Of a stretch of DNA of 64,000 nucleotides, positions 35,008 to 43,319 are shown one piece after another. The notes beneath the pieces are model-generated. The model was given only the letters and a program-made list of their open reading frames with translations, made no database searches and had not been told where the DNA came from. Numbering within the stretch: the first letter of the stretch is position 1; every line of letters starts with the position of its first letter. Source of the DNA: Planctomycetota bacterium (GTDB lineage Bacteria > Planctomycetota > B15-G4); assembly GCA_021604805.1 (NCBI GenBank), contig BQJR01000004.1:513794-577793 (forward strand). The letters run 5' to 3'. Made by a program: the position numbers and the translations under genes.

Positions 35008-35046
35008 GCGGCCCGTTCTACTCGATCTTCCTTCCACATAAAACTA

Positions 35047-35085
35047 TTTGACGTCGAAACTCCTGTGGGTACTTTGACATCGAAC
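35047..35085. promoter_or_regulatory. Direct repeat TTTGAC(G/A)TCGAA(A)C x2, candidate MarR operator/promoter in an AT-richer divergent region
   Basis: TTTGACGTCGAAAC at 35047-35060 and TTTGACATCGAAC at 35073-35085, a 26-bp period. The first copy is a near-palindrome around GACGTC. The region lies between marR (-) and the MBL gene (+). Confidence 0.4.
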
Positions 35086-35159
35086 TACCTGTCGCGAGCG
35101 GGGGCGCTGCTCCCGCGTCGCATCGACCTCGCCTCGTCCCCCCAAACTCGGAGCCCACC

Positions 35160-35966
35160 ATGACCCGCTTCCTCTGCATCACCTGCGGCACGCAGTACGC
35201 CGACCGCGCAACGCCCCCCGAGCACTGCGCGATCTGCGAAGACGACCGCCAGTACGTGGGGCACGACGGTCAACGCTGGACCACGCACGCAGAAGTCGTC
35301 GAGAACCACACGCTGCGCATGGAACAACACGCAGGCCTGCTCGCGCTGGGCGTGACGCCCAGCTTCGCCATCGACCGACGCTCCTTCCTGCTCCCCACCG
35401 ACGCCGGCAACCTCCTCTGGGAGGCCCAGTGCATGGTGAACGACGAGGCCGTGGCGCGCCTGCGCGAACACGGCGGCGTGGACAAGATCGTGATCTCGCA
35501 CCCGCACTTCTACTCGGCGATGGTCGAGTGGAGCGAAGCCCTCGACGACGCGCCGATCCTCTTGCACGAAGCCGACACCGAGTGGATCCAGTTCCCGCAC
35601 CGCTCGATCGAGACCTGGTCCGGCGACACGCTCGCGCTCTCCGAGAGCGTGACGCTGATCCGTTGCGGCGGACACTTCACCGGCAGCACCGCGCTGCACT
35701 GGAGCGAGGCGCCGCGCGGTGGCGGAGCGCTCTTCTCCGGCGACGCGCTGCAAGTCGCCGCCGACCGTCGGCACGTGTCCTTCATGTACAGCTACCCGAA
35801 CATGGTCCCGATGCGGACCAGCAACGTGCAGCGCATGCGCGATCGCCTCGCGCCGTACGAGTTCGAGGACGTGTTCGGCTACACCTGGGGCTCCGACATC
35901 CGCGGCGGTGCTCGTGCCGCTGTCGACGCTTCCTACGAGCGCTACTTGGCCGCCGTGCTCGGCTAG
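35160..35966 (+). CDS. MBL-fold metallo-hydrolase with N-terminal Cys4 zinc-ribbon-like motif
   Basis: 'CITCGTQYADRATPPEHCAICED' is a CxxC...CxxC motif. 'KIVISHPHFYSAM' is a degenerate HxHxDH block. It is divergent from marR. Confidence 0.8.
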   Translation: MTRFLCITCGTQYADRATPPEHCAICEDDRQYVGHDGQRWTTHAEVVENHTLRMEQHAGLLALGVTPSFAIDRRSFLLPTDAGNLLWEAQCMVNDEAVARLREHGGVDKIVISHPHFYSAMVEWSEALDDAPILLHEADTEWIQFPHRSIETWSGDTLALSESVTLIRCGGHFTGSTALHWSEAPRGGGALFSGDALQVAADRRHVSFMYSYPNMVPMRTSNVQRMRDRLAPYEFEDVFGYTWGSDIRGGARAAVDASYERYLAAVLG

Positions 35967-35982
35967 CCCGGCGCCGCGTGGG

Positions 35983-36804
35983 TCAGCTCGCGCTGGCCGC
36001 GGCGCCCGCGTCGCCAGGTGCTCCTGGCGCTTCGGGCAGACGACCTTCGAGCGCTTCGCTGATCACGTGCTTGGTCGTGTCGTGGAAGTTCTTGCGCAAC
36101 ATCCAGCGCAGGAACTCGGGCTCTTGCTCCACGAGTTCGGCCAGCGCGCGGCCGCGGAACTTGCTGAAGCCGAGCACGGCCTTGCCGTCGCGCCAGAGGA
36201 CCTTGCCTTCGGCGTCGAGCGCGTCGGGCGGGGCTTGTTGGGCCCAGGCCGAGAGGCCGCTGGGATCGCGCGGCAGATCATCGTGCTCGCGCAGCTGACC
36301 GATGAGCACGTCGGCGGCGGCCTCGGCGTCGGCGGCGGCGCTGTGCGCGTCTTCCAGTTCACGACCGGCGTAGCGCTTGGTGGCGGCGCCGAGCGTGCGC
36401 GGATCGAGACGCATGTAGAGCTGGAAGCTGTCGATGACCGCCGTGCCGCCCTCGGGGAACTCGTGCCCCGCGCGACGGAACTCCTCGCGCAGCAACGGCA
36501 CGTCGTACTTGACCACGTTGAAGCCGGAGAGATCGCAGCCCGCGAAGTACGCGAGCAGTTCGGCGGCGAGATCTTCGAAGCGCGGGCAGTCGGCCACGTC
36601 GGCATCGGTGATGTGATGCACAGCGATGGCTTCGGCGGGGATCTTGCGACCGGGGTTCACGCGCCAGGTGCGCGCGCTCCGCGTGCCGTCGACCTCGAGC
36701 TTCACACAGCCGACCTCCACGATGCGGTCGGTGAGCGTGTCGACACCCGTGGACTCGAGGTCGAAGACCACGAGCGGGCGAGAGAGCTGGAGCGGCGCAG
36801 ACAT
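35983..36804 (-). CDS. DEDDh 3'-5' exonuclease (DnaQ-like) with C-terminal extension
   Basis: 'LVVFDLESTGVD' (Exo I), 'FNVVKYDVPLL' (Exo II) and 'HSAAADAEAAADV' (Exo III, H-x4-D). Confidence 0.85.
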   Translation of the reverse strand: MSAPLQLSRPLVVFDLESTGVDTLTDRIVEVGCVKLEVDGTRSARTWRVNPGRKIPAEAIAVHHITDADVADCPRFEDLAAELLAYFAGCDLSGFNVVKYDVPLLREEFRRAGHEFPEGGTAVIDSFQLYMRLDPRTLGAATKRYAGRELEDAHSAAADAEAAADVLIGQLREHDDLPRDPSGLSAWAQQAPPDALDAEGKVLWRDGKAVLGFSKFRGRALAELVEQEPEFLRWMLRKNFHDTTKHVISEALEGRLPEAPGAPGDAGAAASAS

Positions 36805-36856
36805 GGGAACCTCCGGAAGTGAGCGCCGATCCTAACCGCGCGGACGCCTCCGGCGC

Positions 36857-37792
36857 TCAGCTCGCCTCGCCTACCAAGCCGTTGCTCGCGCTGAAACCTG
36901 CGGGCGCTGCGGGATCCGCGATCCAAGTCTGGAAGAAGATCTCGAAACCGGCGGGCACGCCGGCGGGCCAGGTGGCCGGGAGCGTCCAGCCGCCGCCGGC
37001 GTTCACGGGGGGCGCGTTGCTGATGAAGTCGGGGCTGGGGACGAGCGTGCCCTGCTTGAAGGCCAGGCTGAGGTTGCTCGTGCCGAAGACCACGAAACTC
37101 TGCGCGCCGGGCAAGGCGTTGCTGAGCGTGAGACCGACGGGCGCACCCGCTGCGAGTTCACCGAAGCCGTCGAGCACGGGCGGGAGTTCGGCGCTGCCGG
37201 CGAGACCGAGACCGAGGTCGAGCCAGCTCACGGGTTGCAGCGTCACGCTGGCCACGATGCGCAGCGCGGTGATCGGCGCGGTCACGGTGCCGAAGGGCGT
37301 GTCGACGACGGTGCTGCCGAGCGTCACGTCGACCAGATTGAAGTAGCCCTTGCCGCTGGCGTCGAGGCCGAAGCTGAAGGTGCCGGCCACGGCGGTGGGC
37401 TCCGGCGGCTCGGGCACGATCACGTCGAAGTCGAGCAAGGCCAGCGGCGCGGGTCCGGCGAAGTTCGCGGCGACGACGAGTTGTTCCGGCGGGATCTCGT
37501 CGGTGACGTCGACCGTGATGGGAATGATCACCGTGGCCGTGACTTCCACCATCTCGATCGTGACCACCGACTCGTAGGCGAAGGCATTCGGATCGACGCT
37601 CGTGGGCGAGACCCAGTTCACGTCGCCGCCGGTGGTCGTCTCGTCGATGGTCCAGCTGACGGCGCTGCCGAGCGCAGGCGTGAGCGCAGCACCGAGCAGC
37701 GCTTCGTGCGACACGGCGCTCGGCGCCTGCTGCGCAACGGCCGACATGCTGAGGGTCGCGAGGAGTCCGAGTCCGAGGGCGAGGCTGCGCAT
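36857..37792 (-). CDS. Secreted protein of unknown function sharing a C-terminal ~90-aa module with the FG-GAP protein at 7616
   Basis: The signal peptide is MRSLALGLGLLATLSMSAVAQQ. The C-terminal 'LSNALP...FKQGTLVPSPDF...FQTWIADPAAPAGFSASN' parallels 'LSEALP...FKGGVLGPTPDF...TQFWIADAGASAGFASSN' at 7814-8083. Confidence 0.65.
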   Translation of the reverse strand: MRSLALGLGLLATLSMSAVAQQAPSAVSHEALLGAALTPALGSAVSWTIDETTTGGDVNWVSPTSVDPNAFAYESVVTIEMVEVTATVIIPITVDVTDEIPPEQLVVAANFAGPAPLALLDFDVIVPEPPEPTAVAGTFSFGLDASGKGYFNLVDVTLGSTVVDTPFGTVTAPITALRIVASVTLQPVSWLDLGLGLAGSAELPPVLDGFGELAAGAPVGLTLSNALPGAQSFVVFGTSNLSLAFKQGTLVPSPDFISNAPPVNAGGGWTLPATWPAGVPAGFEIFFQTWIADPAAPAGFSASNGLVGEAS

Positions 37793-37843
37793 GCTGTTCT
37801 CCGGTGGGCGCGCGGGTTGCGCGGGGCCTCGGAGTCTACACGG

Positions 37844-38398
37844 CTACGGCGCGACCTGTTGCGCGCGCCAGCCTCCGGGGCTCAGCAAGTAAGTCGGGTG
37901 CATGAGCTGCGTGGCGGGATACAGCTCGTCGCGGTCGTATTGGAAGCCCAGGCCGGTGAGGATCGCCTTGGACGCGGCGCCCTCGGGGTGATGCCCGGCG
38001 AAGAGTTCGTCGACCTCCATCTCTTCGAAGGCGCGACGCAGCACGCGCGCGGCGGCTTCCTTGGCGAGCCCTCGCCCCCAGAACTCGGGACGCAGGTGGT
38101 AGCCCGTTTCGAGACGACCCCGCGCGAGGTCTTTCGGGCGCACGCCCGCGCAACCCACGTGACGACCGGTGCTGCGCTCGAACATCGGCCAGTACTGGTA
38201 GCCGTGTTCTTGTTGCAGCGAAATCTCGAGCGTCAGTCGCGCGCGCACCTCGTCGGGCGAGAACACGCCGTTCACGTGTAGGTGCTGCATCACGCGCGGG
38301 TCGCCCCAGAGCGCGCTGGCGAGATCGAGGTCGTCAGCGCGCCACCAACGCCACGCGAGGCGCTCGCTCTCGAACAACCACTTGTCTTGCGTCGACAT
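37844..38398 (-). CDS. GNAT-family N-acetyltransferase (RimJ/RimL-like)
   Basis: 'GYHLRPEFWGRGLAKEAAARVLRRAFEEMEVDELFAGHHPEGAASKAILTGLGF' is the acetyl-CoA-binding R/Q-x-x-G-x-G/A block. Confidence 0.85.
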   Translation of the reverse strand: MSTQDKWLFESERLAWRWWRADDLDLASALWGDPRVMQHLHVNGVFSPDEVRARLTLEISLQQEHGYQYWPMFERSTGRHVGCAGVRPKDLARGRLETGYHLRPEFWGRGLAKEAAARVLRRAFEEMEVDELFAGHHPEGAASKAILTGLGFQYDRDELYPATQLMHPTYLLSPGGWRAQQVAP

Positions 38399-38425
38399 GT
38401 CACGCCTCCCCGCGTGCCGTGAGAC

Positions 38426-38620
38426 TCACTGCCGGCGCACGCGGGCCGCGCGACGGCGGCGCAGCAACCAGACACCGGCAAGCGTGAGCGCGAAGGCCGC
38501 GAGCGTGACCGGGAGGTGCGCCGGCTCGAGCAGCCAGTGCCAGGCGCTGTGCTGCAAGGCGGGCTCCCCGTGGCCGTCGTGAACGAGGGCGAGCGACGAG
38601 AGGATCGAGTGGGACCACAT
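38426..38620 (-). CDS. Small (64 aa) His-rich single-pass membrane protein
   Basis: The sequence is MWSHSILSSLALVHDGHGEPALQHSAWHWLLEPAHLPVTLAAFALTLAGVWLLRRRRAARVRRQ. GAGGAG lies 7 nt upstream of the ATG. Third codon positions are almost all G/C. There is a TM helix followed by an Arg cluster. The longer listed ORF (to 39037) looks like a shadow of the + strand gene. Confidence 0.55.
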   Translation of the reverse strand: MWSHSILSSLALVHDGHGEPALQHSAWHWLLEPAHLPVTLAAFALTLAGVWLLRRRRAARVRRQ

Positions 38621-38690
38621 GGCAAACTCCTCGGTTGGTCCACCCAGCGTGCCCGCGCGACGCGCGTCAACGCAAGCCCCGGAGCTCCCC

Positions 38691-39419
38691 ATGCAGCACG
38701 ACCAGCGCGTCTTCAACTCGCCTCTCTGCATCGAGCACGCGCGCAGCCTCCTGAGTGTGCTCGATCCGCAAGACGCCTTCACCGCGCTCGACGTGGGCTG
38801 CGCGCGCGGGGAGCTGCTCGCGCTCTGGATGGAGCTCGGCGGTGGGCGCTGCTTCGGCGTGGACCCCGATCGCTCCGAGACCGCCCTCGCGCGGCGGCGC
38901 CTGGCGCGCTTCGCCGATCGCGTGCGCTTGCAGACCGCCCCCATCGCCGAGGCCGAGCTCCCCGGCGCGTTCGACGTGGCGATGTGCCTCGGCGCCACCC
39001 ACGCCTTCGGTGGCGTGGGCGATGCGCTGCGCGCCACCTACGTGGCGCTCGCGGAACTGCTGCGGCCCGGCGGTCGCATGCTCATCGGTCACGGTTTCTG
39101 GAAGCAGACGCCCGCGCCTGAGTACCTCGCCGCCACCGGCATCGACCCGGCCGAGTTGTGCAGCCACGCCGAGAACCTCGAGCTCGGCGAATCCCTCGGC
39201 CTGCGCACGCTCTACGTGAGCGCCAGCAGCACGAGCGAGTGGGACGCCTTCGAAGCGGGCTCAGGGTTGGCCGCCGAGCGTCGCCTGGATCTGCAACCCG
39301 ACGATCCCGAAGCGCAGGCGCTCGCGGAACGACGTCGTGCGTGGCGGCGCGCCTCCCTGCGCTGGGGCCGCGACACGATGGGCTTCGGCTTCTACGTGTT
39401 CGAGACGCCGCGCAGCTGA
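38691..39419 (+). CDS. Class I SAM-dependent methyltransferase
   Basis: 'ALDVGCARGELLALW' (motif I) and 'LRPGGRMLIG'. GGAG lies 6 nt upstream of the ATG at 38691. Confidence 0.8.
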   Translation: MQHDQRVFNSPLCIEHARSLLSVLDPQDAFTALDVGCARGELLALWMELGGGRCFGVDPDRSETALARRRLARFADRVRLQTAPIAEAELPGAFDVAMCLGATHAFGGVGDALRATYVALAELLRPGGRMLIGHGFWKQTPAPEYLAATGIDPAELCSHAENLELGESLGLRTLYVSASSTSEWDAFEAGSGLAAERRLDLQPDDPEAQALAERRRAWRRASLRWGRDTMGFGFYVFETPRS

Positions 39420-39441
39420 CGCGCGCCGCGCGGGCCTGTGC

Positions 39442-40128
39442 TCAGCGCGTCGCGCGGGTGGAGTCGGCGAAACTCACCGAGCGCAGCGTCACGAAGCGGT
39501 GCTCGGCGGTGACGGCGGGTTCGGCGCAGCGCGGCAGCAAGCGGCGCGTGAAGTGCGGACCGTCGAGCACCCAGGTGTGGTACTCGCCGTTCTCGCCGCA
39601 AGCGTCGACCAGGCCGGCCGCGTGATCGGCTTCGAGTTGCGCGAGCAAGCCGGCATCCAAGCGTTGGCCAGCGAGCGCGCCGTCGCGGTAGCTGCGCTCG
39701 GCGAGGGACACGAAGACTTCGTAGCCGTCGCGCACGAGGCGCCGCAAATGGGGCACACGCTCTGCGCCCCACAGCGGGCGCCACACGTCGCACAGCCCGC
39801 GCGCGCGTTCCTCGATCCAGTTCGAGTGGCCGTCGACCTCGGCGATGTCACCGGTGATCAGAGTGCGCACGCCGTCGTCGCGCAACTCGGCGATGGCGCG
39901 CTCGTAGCCTTGCTCGAAGGGTTCGCGCACCACACGACGTTCGTGCGGCCAAGGCAGGGCGGCGGCCTGCGCCTCGATGAGCGCCAAGGGGTGCGCCTTG
40001 AAGTCGGGTTCGCCGGCGGGCACGAAGGTCACGAGGCGCAGCTCGGCGAAGCGCTCTGCGGCTTCAGCCAGCGCCACGGCGGAGTCCTTGCCGCCCGTCC
40101 AGAGAACCGCCGCGGGTGAATCACTCAT
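39442..40128 (-). CDS. PP-loop ATP pyrophosphatase, Dph6/MJ0570-related (COG2102-like)
   Basis: 'AAVLWTGGKDSAVAL' is an SGGKDS-type PP-loop. 'ACGENGEYHTWVLDGP' is a conserved C-terminal block of this family as I recall it. Confidence 0.75.
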   Translation of the reverse strand: MSDSPAAVLWTGGKDSAVALAEAAERFAELRLVTFVPAGEPDFKAHPLALIEAQAAALPWPHERRVVREPFEQGYERAIAELRDDGVRTLITGDIAEVDGHSNWIEERARGLCDVWRPLWGAERVPHLRRLVRDGYEVFVSLAERSYRDGALAGQRLDAGLLAQLEADHAAGLVDACGENGEYHTWVLDGPHFTRRLLPRCAEPAVTAEHRFVTLRSVSFADSTRATR

Positions 40129-40292
40129 GCGCGCCAGGATGCCTGGACGAAAGGCGAATTGCGCGTCCCGGCAGCTTCGCCACGCTGCGGTATCCTTCAG
40201 AGCGCGAGGCGCACCCGAAGCGTCTCCAGGCACGAACCCGCCACGCGCGATGCAGCTCCGGAGCTCAGCGCGACCATCGAGAGATCACCGGC

Positions 40293-42545
40293 ATGCGCGC
40301 ACCGCTTCTTCTGAGCACTGTGTTCCTCAGCCTCGCTGCGCTCGCCACGGCGCAGCACGCCCCGCGCACGAGCAAGGCACCGCACAGCGCCGCGCCACAG
40401 AGCGAACGCAGCGTGCAGCTCACGGAACTCGACATCACGGTGATCGACCGACGCGTGTTGCAGGCCGACGGTCGCGTGCTGCGACACACCACGCTCCCCG
40501 ACGGCACGCACGTGGACCTCGATGCCCTGCGCGCCGAAGACCACGCGCTCGGTCTGTCGCGACGCGGCAAACTCACTCCCGCGCTCAGCGCCGCCGTGGA
40601 CGCCCTCGCCCCCGACGAGCGCATCCAAGTGGCCTTCTGGCTCACCGAACCCGCCGACGGCCGCGACCTCGGCGCCGAGTTGCGCGCGCGCGTGCGCGGC
40701 GTGGATTCCGAAGACATGCGCGTGGCCCTCGACGCCGCGCGCACGCTGAACATGGCCGCCGCCGCCGAACGTTACGCGGCGCCCAACCGCGCCTTCGCCG
40801 ACGTCGTGGAGCTGCTGGGCGGCGAGGTCGTCCACGAAGGTGAGTTCTGGCCGCTGCTCATCGCGGAGCTCAACGAGAGCAGCTTGCGCGAGTTGGCCAA
40901 CGACCCGCGCGTCGACGAGGTCTACCTCAGCCAGCGCGAATGGATGCACGAAGGCGACAACGCCCAAGGCACCCTGCGCACACCCTTCGTGTGGGACCAA
41001 GGCGTGACCGTGGGCGGCGGTGTGCGCGTGCTCGTGAACGACACCGCACAAGTGCAAGTCGGCAACTCCTTCTTGCCGGCCGTGATCGCGCTGAACAGCT
41101 CGGGCACCGGCTCGCACGCCACGGGCGTGGCCGGCAACATCGCGAACTTCCACCCCACCTACCAAGCCGCGGCGCACACGCTCGACAAGCTCTACACAGC
41201 CGGCGGCAGCGGCGACACGAACGCTCCGATCATCTGGGGCGACGCGATCGCGCAGGGCATCGACTTCGGCAACTGCTCCTGGTGGAACGGTCTCAAGGGT
41301 TCCATCGCCTTCCTCGACCGCTTCTTCGACCACACGATCCGCAACCACGGCGTGATGATGTTCAAGTCGAACGGGAACCAAGGCAGCACGAGCTCGCCTT
41401 ACGGGACCACGCCCGGCCAGGGCTACAACATGACCTGCTCCGGCGCCTACCTCGACCAGGACAACATCGGTTGGGAGTCCGACGAGATGTCGAGCACGAG
41501 CTCGTACTGGGATCCGCTGGAAGGTCACACCAAGCCGGAGATCGCGAGCCCGGGCACCTGCGTCACGACCACGGGCACGGGCGGCACCGGCTTGCAGACC
41601 TGCTTCGGCGGCACGTCGTCGGCGAGCCCGCTCACCACGGGCTTGGCCACGCTGCTCGCCGGCGGTGAACCGCAACTGCTCGCCGAGATGACCAGCGTCA
41701 AAGCGATCCTGATGGCTTCGGCTTGGCACAACATCGAGGGCGACGCGCTGCTCTCGGAGAAGGATGGCGTGGGCGGCCTGCACGCGCCTGCGGCCTGGGC
41801 CATCGTGCGCGACGAACAATGGTGGCACGACGAGGTCGTCGACGCGGACTTCGCGGGCGGCACGCTCGACATCGACATGCCCTTGCTCGCCGGCGAAGAG
41901 ACCCGCGTCGTGGCGCTCTGGTTCAGCAACCCGAACGACGCGCTCTCCACCGACGTGCTCGAGCTCGACGTCGACATGTCGATCTTGGATCCCGACGGCC
42001 TGCCCGTGGCCAGCTCGATGAGCGCCGCGAACCCCTTCGAGATCGCGTCCTTCGTGAGCGCGAAGAGCGGCACCTACACCGTGCGCCTGAGCAAGCAGCG
42101 CTTCGACGGCGACAGCGAGCCGCTGTCAGTGGCCTGGAGCACGCGCAACGACACGTCGACCGCGCGCATCGGCTTGGCGCCCTTCAGCGACGACTTCGCC
42201 GCGGGCAACACCGTGATCTTCCAGCTGCACGAAGAGTTCGAAGGCCCCGGGCGACTCTACTTCGCGTGGGCTTCGCTGAGCGGCAAGCCCGGCATCGCGC
42301 TGCCCGACGGCCTCACCGGCTTCCCGGTGGCGCTCGACATGGTGGGCAACTTCATCGTGAACGAACCCGGCTTCATCGGCTTCCTCGACGGCGCGGGCAG
42401 CGCCACCTTCGGACTCCAACTCCCGAACGGCCCGGCCATCGTGGGCCTCGAGCTGCACATGGGCGCCGCGATCCTGGGCCCGAGCACGATGGTGAGCGAC
42501 GTGTACACCATCGCCGACGAGGTCGTGCTGACCGTGGCACCCTGA
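40293..42545 (+). CDS. Secreted subtilisin-family (S8) serine peptidase with C-terminal beta-rich domains
   Basis: The signal peptide is MRAPLLLSTVFLSLAALATAQ. The catalytic contexts are Asp 'VRVLVNDTAQ', His 'GTGSHATGVAGNIA' and Ser 'FGGTSSASPLTTGLATLL'. Confidence 0.85.
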   Translation: MRAPLLLSTVFLSLAALATAQHAPRTSKAPHSAAPQSERSVQLTELDITVIDRRVLQADGRVLRHTTLPDGTHVDLDALRAEDHALGLSRRGKLTPALSAAVDALAPDERIQVAFWLTEPADGRDLGAELRARVRGVDSEDMRVALDAARTLNMAAAAERYAAPNRAFADVVELLGGEVVHEGEFWPLLIAELNESSLRELANDPRVDEVYLSQREWMHEGDNAQGTLRTPFVWDQGVTVGGGVRVLVNDTAQVQVGNSFLPAVIALNSSGTGSHATGVAGNIANFHPTYQAAAHTLDKLYTAGGSGDTNAPIIWGDAIAQGIDFGNCSWWNGLKGSIAFLDRFFDHTIRNHGVMMFKSNGNQGSTSSPYGTTPGQGYNMTCSGAYLDQDNIGWESDEMSSTSSYWDPLEGHTKPEIASPGTCVTTTGTGGTGLQTCFGGTSSASPLTTGLATLLAGGEPQLLAEMTSVKAILMASAWHNIEGDALLSEKDGVGGLHAPAAWAIVRDEQWWHDEVVDADFAGGTLDIDMPLLAGEETRVVALWFSNPNDALSTDVLELDVDMSILDPDGLPVASSMSAANPFEIASFVSAKSGTYTVRLSKQRFDGDSEPLSVAWSTRNDTSTARIGLAPFSDDFAAGNTVIFQLHEEFEGPGRLYFAWASLSGKPGIALPDGLTGFPVALDMVGNFIVNEPGFIGFLDGAGSATFGLQLPNGPAIVGLELHMGAAILGPSTMVSDVYTIADEVVLTVAP

Positions 42546-42575
42546 CGCGCCGGTCGCGCGCGCCGCAGCGAGCGC

Positions 42576-43190
42576 TCAGCTCAACGGCGCGCCGTCGAAG
42601 GTGTCGAAGCGCACGACCTCGGACATCGGCAGGCGTCCGCTGGGACGCGCGGCGCTGGTGCCCTTGCCGAGCGTGATCATCATCACGGGCACGTGATCGG
42701 CGGGGATGTTGAGCACCTCCGACACGCGCTTGGGATCGAAGCCGATCATGGGGCAGGTGTTCAGGCCGAGGGATTGCGCGGCGAGCATGAGCGTCATGGC
42801 GGCGAGCGATCCGCTGCGGATGGCCTCGTCGCGCTGCAGGCTCTCGTTGCCTGCATAGAAGCCGCCGATCATGGGCGTCATCTTGGCGGCGACGTCTTCG
42901 CCGGCTTCGGTCCAGATGCGCTCGGCGTCGTCGTGCGCGGCGAGCTTGCCGCACACGATCACGTCGATGGAGGCCTCGCCCACATGCGACTGGTGCCAGG
43001 ACGCCGCCTTGAGCGCTTGCTTCAGCTCGGCGTCACGCACCATCACGAAGCGCCAGTGTTGCAAGTTGAAGGAGCTCGGCGTGCGCAAGGTGAGTTCCAT
43101 GAGCTCGCGCAACGTGGCTTCGTCGATCACGTGGTCGGGGTCGTAGCTCTTCACGCTGCCGCGTTCGCGGATGGCCTGGCTGAGTTCCAT
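42576..43190 (-). CDS. Nitroreductase-family FMN oxidoreductase
   Basis: 'IRERGSVKSYD', 'RTPSSFNLQHWRFVMV', 'SLGLNTCPMIGFD'. Only the last 204 codons of the 502-codon ORF look coding. Confidence 0.9.
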   Translation of the reverse strand: MELSQAIRERGSVKSYDPDHVIDEATLRELMELTLRTPSSFNLQHWRFVMVRDAELKQALKAASWHQSHVGEASIDVIVCGKLAAHDDAERIWTEAGEDVAAKMTPMIGGFYAGNESLQRDEAIRSGSLAAMTLMLAAQSLGLNTCPMIGFDPKRVSEVLNIPADHVPVMMITLGKGTSAARPSGRLPMSEVVRFDTFDGAPLS

Positions 43191-43319
43191 GATGAGGGTC
43201 TCGGGGGGGAGAACGGGTGCGTGGTTGTAACCGCTGCGCGCGCATGGGTTCCACGCCGAGCCGCTGGGGAAGGCGCGCGCGTCGTCTAAACTGCGCGCCG
43301 TTCCTCCCGAGGCTCCACC

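Noticed and set aside
38621-39037. Upstream part of ORF 38426..39037 (minus strand)
   Set aside because: It lies antisense to the well-supported methyltransferase gene 38691..39419 and is Arg/Ala/Ser-rich. Only the terminal 64 codons, which have their own RBS, are retained.
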